Shown: positions 58,154-64,000 of the stretch, piece by piece
How the letters are laid out: every line of letters starts with the position of its first letter
How positions within the stretch are numbered: position 1 is the stretch's first letter
NCBI GenBank assembly: GCA_951804945.1
Contig: OX638150.1
Coordinates: forward strand, 97,154,001-97,218,000
DNA length: 64,000 nucleotides
From: Podarcis cretensis
Taxonomy: Eukaryota
Direction: 5' to 3'
Made by a program: the position numbers and the translations under genes
The notes under the pieces: generated by a model
Seen by the model: only the letters and a program-made list of their open reading frames with translations
Told to the model about the DNA's origin: nothing
The model's database searches: none

Positions 58154-59899
58154 CTGCAGGACCCAGGCTTGCTGGTATCTAGAGGAGGTTAGCACAGGAG
58201 GCAGGGGACCCAAATGGCACTCCCTCAACCTGGATCTTGCCAACTAAAAATGGCTGTCCAAGTTGTGACCTTTAGATCCCTGAAGTGCACAAAAACATGC
58301 CTAACATAACCAATGGCTGATTCACACAACCTTTTGGCAGTTGTTCTGCCCCACAAGGGCCAGTTGATTAGTGATAGCAAACCTGTGTATTGCAAGATGC
58401 CCATGGTCAAGGCACTATGCCTCTGAATTCTAGCTGGTGGGAATCACAAGTGCATGAGTGCTGTTGTGCTCCGGCCTTTTTGTGGGCTTCCCATGAGTAT
58501 CTGGGGTTGACCAGCCTGAGAGCAGGATGCTGAACTAGATGGGCCTTTGGCCTCATCCTGCAGGGCTTTTCTTATCATACCCTTATGTTCTACTCTTCTT
58601 CAATAGTGGCTGCTGGGCTACAGTCATATCCGTTGGCATGCAATGTGTCGGTTAGCGCTGAGGACATTGGCCTGGTGCTCTAAGATTGCCATAGACCTTT
58701 GGGTTTAATTGTTGTGATTCTGCATCCTGCCAGGAGAAACAGAACAGATATTAATTGCTTTTCATATAACATACTCTGCACATATCTTTACTATTTTATT
58801 CTTCAACAAGATACAGCAGTGCTTCTTCTTTCCACTCTCTCTGAATATTTGCAATAAATCCACTGGCTTTGGTAAGGTTTCTATGGACACAAGGCTTTTT
58901 AGAAGAATTTGTTACACTCAAGTAATTATGTTTTATATCACATTATCCATTAGCTGTAACCTGGCAGTTGCATCCATCATAATATGCTGTTTCAGAGAAA
59001 CGGATGAATGACTTATCCCCCTTTGAGAGGCCTGGCACAATTTCTTGCTACTGAGCTGGGGTTTTTTAAAAAATTATTATGTAGGACAAGTACAAAATAG
59101 TACTTGAGGTCACATTTATGATACAGACGAGTAGAATGACTTCAGTGTGTTTTAATCTGGTTTTTAGCTTATTGCTGATTTTAATTATTTTTGAATGTTT
59201 TAAATAAATTGAATTGTTTTTAACAGGGTTTTTTTTAAAAAAAACTGATTTTATTTTTTTTGTAAACCACTTTGAGGTGTTATTACAATCTAGCGGCATA
59301 TAAAGGTTGCTAAACAAACAAACAAAACTGGTCCCAAAACCAGTTTCTCTGACCTAGCTACTTCCACAGAACCCTGGAATTGCTGCTGCTGTTGTTTTCA
59401 AGGGTGCTGAGGATGCTTTGCTTCAGATACTTTTCAGAAAACCATAATTCCAAGTCCCTAAGCAGGAAAATGTGAAATGCAAACCAGTTCGTGTCTGGTT
59501 TAATTTTATGGAGTTGGGGAGACAGCAAGCGCAGATGAGTGAGCAGGCTTCTAGTTATATCCCATTCTTGGGTTTGGCCCTGGGAAGAAATCCCCATGGA
59601 CACCCATGAGATTCCCACCCCCTTCCCACTGCAAATAGCCACTTTGAAAGGAAGATTTTCATCTGGACCACAGGTGGGGAGGAAAAGGTTAAACTCTTCC
59701 TCTTTGGCTGCGGTGCAATTATCAGCATCCTCCAGCAGCTGCTACTTGCATTTTAGTAAATGTGCATGCTGAATGCACATTGCCCTCAACCCTTTAGCCT
59801 TTATGCCACACCCCCCAGCCTGCTTCCTCCACTTTCCTGCAGCCTACTGTTTGGTGCGCTTGCTGGAGTCTCCTTGGAGCTCATTCCCTGCTCTGTGAT

Positions 59900-60065
59900 T
59901 GCAGCTTTAGTTTAGTGGCAGAGCACGCAGTTTGCATGCAAAAGGTTCCAGGTTCAATGCCTGGGAAAGACTCCTGTCTGAAGCCCTAGAGAGGTCCTGC
60001 CTGTCAGTGGGTAGGCAATTTTGAACTAATGGGCCACTGTTGTGATCCGGCATGAGGCAGCTCTT
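59900..60065 (+). mobile_element. tRNA-Ala-like SINE (Squam3-like; name tentative)
   Basis: tagtggcagagcac...ttgcatgcaaaaggttccaggttcaat head. Body homologous to 7420-7559. Confidence 0.7.
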
Positions 60066-60559
60066 TGTGTACCTGTTGTATGGATTGGTCTCCAGGAGGC
60101 AGCTGGCTGGATAAATTAACCTGCTTTGCAGCAGAGTTCTGGCCTTGGTGGCCTTAAGCTTCTTTCCCTTTCTGTTGTTTTATTTATCTATCTGAAGCAT
60201 GTTTACCGTGCTCTTCAGCCTAAGTGGTGCACAAATGTCGTGAAAAGACAGGCCCGGCCCTCAGGCCTTCAGTTTAAAAGTCATGACACAAAAGGAAAAC
60301 GGAGGGAGCGAGGGCAGGGCAAACTATTTCTCATTTCCAGAGTTATTGTAATAACCAGCCAGCATGGAAAGATTTCCAGAAGAGGATAAGTCAAAAGTTG
60401 CTGGTCTTTCAGCAGAACAGATGGAGAGACCTTTGGTGGTTTGGCTCCTTGGAGGAGAGGGAGGATATAAATCTAATAAGTAAGTGAAATTAAATTTGCA
60501 AGTTGGCCATGCAGACCACACAGTCTATATATGCACTGTAGTGTAGATTTCTGGGGATA

Positions 60560-62000
60560 TATGTGAAGAACCAGCATTTCCACACAATTGTGCAGAAAAG
60601 TTTAGAAGTACATTAACAGCATTGCTGAACCTTCTCAGAATCTATGTGCGGGTTTGCCTTTAGCGATACAACAAGGCAGCAATTTTACTTATTTATTGCA
60701 TTCGCATAGGTGGCTGCACTTAATTATTCCCTTTCTGTTAATGAAAAGAACACGCAAGGTGGCATTATTTATCAGCTATTTCTGTGACACTTTTACTGTG
60801 CAGAGTACTTTACAGCCCTTATTCGCAGAGCATCATGCTGCAACGAGATGAATTAAAAAAGATTTATAAGCATAATGCTGCCTGTGCTGCAATAATGATA
60901 ATCTAGGAAGCCAGGGAGATGGAACAGTGAAAGGAGGGTGCCATTTGAGCAAAGAAACAGCACGAAATGGGGGGGAACAAAAGGAATGCGGAATCCATCC
61001 TCGTCTGTGTAAACGCAGGGATCTGGAATAACCTGAGTGCGCTCACGAGACTCCTGTAGAGAGCAGAGGTGACAGGATTCGTCCTGCAGGGATATATCGG
61101 GGAAAATAGTTTACAGATAGCAGCTGTGATTTCATTTAATGAGCAGCTCCTCCTCCTCCAATGAACTAATGAATAGATGGGATCTATGTGTAATCTTTTC
61201 TTACTGTGTCAACCCTGATTATCCCTGGTGAGACACCGCAGCTCAGCCCCAATTGTCACTCAACCCCCCCCACCCCCATATTACTGTTGCCAACTCTATT
61301 ATACGGGGCGCAGAGTGAGGCACTGCTAGAAACAGGCACCTGCTATATAGCTTCTTGGGCGAGCTCGGGAAAGCAAATCAGTAAGGATCTGTTCCATATG
61401 CGGCGGCTGAGAGTGACAGCACATCCACCGCTTCTCCTCCCCAGCTGAGCCACCTCACAATTACCTCACGCGACCCTGTCAGTTTCCTGCTCTGCTGAGA
61501 TGCAACAAGGTTATTAAGCAAATATGATTAATGAAGGGGGATAAAAATAAAATAAAAAACTCCGGTGTGCTAGAAATTAGGTTTCAAGGCCAGCAGGGAA
61601 CTAGAGAAATTCTCTACGTGTACCTTTGGAAGTTGTGGCAGGCGTCTGCGGTGAACAGGATTTGTATATGCCACCCGAGGGGTCAAAATAATTCCAGGCG
61701 CTCTTGCTCAGAAAGAAAAAAAAAACACCACACACAGTAGGATGGATCTGGCCCATTAAAATATGATTGGGTTATTAATACAGCCTTTGAAAAATGGAAA
61801 TAAGTGAACACAACTGCTACTGAATGTATTCCTGCGGTAATTTCACAATCCCCCCCCCTTACCCACATGCAGCGTTCCAGTGACTTACTTCGATTTGCTC
61901 TGTTTTAATAGCATTCGGTATGCAAATGGGGGCTATTCCAGTGGAAGCGAAAATGATCTGGCTACCTCATACTTCATTTTGCTGTTTTTATCTAGGTTTA
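60560..62000. promoter_or_regulatory. Large candidate CNE/enhancer block
   Basis: About 1.4 kb without recognisable repeats. CpG-retaining, with PBX-HOX TGATTAATGA, several TGACAG/CTGTCA sites and the octamer ATGCAAAT at 61920-61927. Confidence 0.5.
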
Positions 62001-62946
62001 TGTGTCTTTATTTTCAAGTCCATTCAGGTTTATTAATAGTCCACAGACCTGCATGTTCCAAAACAATTCTTTTTATTCCATACAGTGGAAACATAAAAAT
62101 TCAGAAATGCTCACTGTAACAGTGTGTTTTTCACGGATTTAAAAATGCTGATAAAAAACCCCAGCACCTGTTAACAATTCTGTGAAAGTTGCTTACAGAT
62201 GCTACAGAGGTGAGAATACCAAGTTTGCAAGTCAATGACCAGGAAGGCTATCACATACTATTCTGGAGAACTTCCTAGAAAGGACAGTGCTTCTGCGGGT
62301 GCCCCACTTGCTCACGGAAGCAGTGCTGGAATCAGCGCTAATTTCCGCCAAGATCTTGCAGCAGAGACAGTGCGGCAGAGTGGAGTGGCACTTCCAGTTC
62401 CATGCTCTGCCCTTTGCAAGGGTGTTGCCTTTGCTGAATCTCCCCCTTCCCATCTTGCAGCAAGGCTTCTGGCAAAAATGGGTGGAATTTGCAGGCACTT
62501 GGCCCCCTGCAGAGTGGGTTAAGCCTGCCAGATTGGAGACAAATAGGTCCAGAGGCTCTTATGGGGAAAGTAAGAAGGATTCACTCTCATCCCTAATCCA
62601 TATTAGGCCAATAACTTTATTAGGCCAACTAAAAGTCTAAAAGTCCATATTTGTATCATATTTCAAGAAGGAGAAGTGAGTGGGAATATGTCTCTTTCTT
62701 ACCTTAAAACAATTTAGAGGTGGCCAACTAGTATGTATTCTTTCTTCTTCTTCTTTTTAAATACACCTGCCAGTTTAGCTTCTCAGCACTTGTTTGTGTT
62801 GGGAGGGCATGTCCTTCAACAGGCATTACAAGGCATTCCTGTCCTGGATGTTGCCTGCAGAGTGGTGAAGAGCACAGGTGGGGTGGAGTTTGAAGCACAG
62901 CAGTAGATACTTTAAAAAAATCAAAAATCAAAGAAAGCTTTTTTTG

Positions 62947-62948
<2 letters not shown>

Positions 62949-62978
<30 letters not shown>
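62949..62978 (+). repeat. (GT)15 microsatellite
   Basis: Directly visible. Confidence 0.97.
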
Positions 62979-62980
<2 letters not shown>

Positions 62981-63392
62981 AACCCTGCACTGTTCTGCTT
63001 TAAGAATAACAAAACCACCCCAATTCTTGTGTGTTCCTCAGTCATCATTTAAAGAGCCTCACTTCTTGTTTTTGATTTTTTTGTTTTTTAAAAAACACAT
63101 GAACCCAGATACAGGTGGAAAAACATAGGGCTCCAGTGGACAGAAATGAAGACATGGCAGGCAAAACGCAAGACGTTGTGAGAGTCCTGATCTGATTTGA
63201 GGTGCTTAGCTGCCTTCACATTTCGACTCAAAGAGGGATAAAATCACCATCCTTTTTGATAGGCAGTAAAAGTTTGGAACAGGAGCAGATGGAGTAAGGG
63301 GCTCCAGGAGCTGGCACAAGGATTGAGCTCAGTATGCAGAAGAGAGAAAGGAGTTAGATAAGGGGAAGAACAAAGAGTCCCAGAAGGGGGCC

Positions 63393-63402
63393 GGGGGGGG
63401 GG

Positions 63403-63446
<44 letters not shown>
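63393..63446 (+). repeat. G13 followed by (GA)n polypurine tract
   Basis: Directly visible. Confidence 0.95.
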
Positions 63447-63447
<1 letters not shown>

Positions 63448-64000
63448 TGTTGACAGTGGCAGCATCTCAGGCGGCAGACGCAATATGGACATTGAGAATC
63501 AAGTAGGAGTCTTGGCAAAAGTAACCAGAAGCTTTGCTGAGAGTACTTTTAGTAAAAGGGAACCAGCCATTGCTAGTTTGTGGTGAACAAGGAAAGACAA
63601 AGACAAAAAGAAAGAGCATAGAATACAGGTGAGAAGGCAAGAAATGAGAAGAAGGGCAACTTAAGCCATTTAAAAGCACAAATTAAATACTGATCACTTT
63701 GGTGCATCCCATACATAGGATTCTACTGGTTTTCAAAAGGTCTCGGGCAACCGGTCACTTCTGAAAGTGAGTCCTTGAACACAAAGGCGCACACTGACCC
63801 CAAATTGAAGAAACGTTCTTGGCCACAGCAACTCAACAGTTCAGCTGAAATGGCACTGATTTCAGGGGGCTTAACCCTACTGCCCCTGTATGGGGTTGTG
63901 GCCAGTGTCTGCAGAACAATGATACAAACACTAGGTTGCTATTCTGCATGTCAGTAAAGGGCAATTGCTGACAATTTCTGCAAAATGCAGAAGTTTAAAA

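Noticed and set aside
1-64000. ORF-track peptides as host genes
   Set aside because: They are short, often start at non-ATG codons and show no recognisable domains. Those with homology are CR1, L2 or BovB remnants; the rest translate microsatellites or random sequence.

Overview
Eukaryotic, non-coding vertebrate DNA, almost certainly from a squamate and most likely a lacertid lizard. The evidence is Sauria SINEs, a BovB/RTE fragment, reptile CR1 and L2 3' ends, and many TA- or 8-bp-TSD MITEs. I recognise no protein-coding host gene. The only ORF-track peptides with real homology are CR1, L2 and BovB ORF2 remnants. The window looks like a large intron or gene desert. It holds three solo LTRs, at least eight copies of one Tc1/mariner-type MITE, several hAT and Harbinger MITEs, SINEs and microsatellites. 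Between them lie repeat-free, CpG-retaining, homeobox-motif-rich blocks that look like conserved enhancers. I found no demonstrably new biological system. The best leads are: (1) a solo LTR (5445-5976) whose U3 appears to carry a decayed coding tail with an acidic tract and an RRSxRL-like basic motif; (2) an LTR (56822-57311) with ten CCAAT boxes, seven in a 40-bp array; (3) a MITE with an internally amplified 8/32-bp higher-order repeat; (4) a three-level L2>SINE>CR1 nest; (5) candidate neural enhancers with a perfect POU MORE palindrome and PBX-HOX+MEIS pairs; (6) a candidate promoter and short exon near 2.0-2.2 kb. Repeat family names come from recalled consensus features, not database searches.
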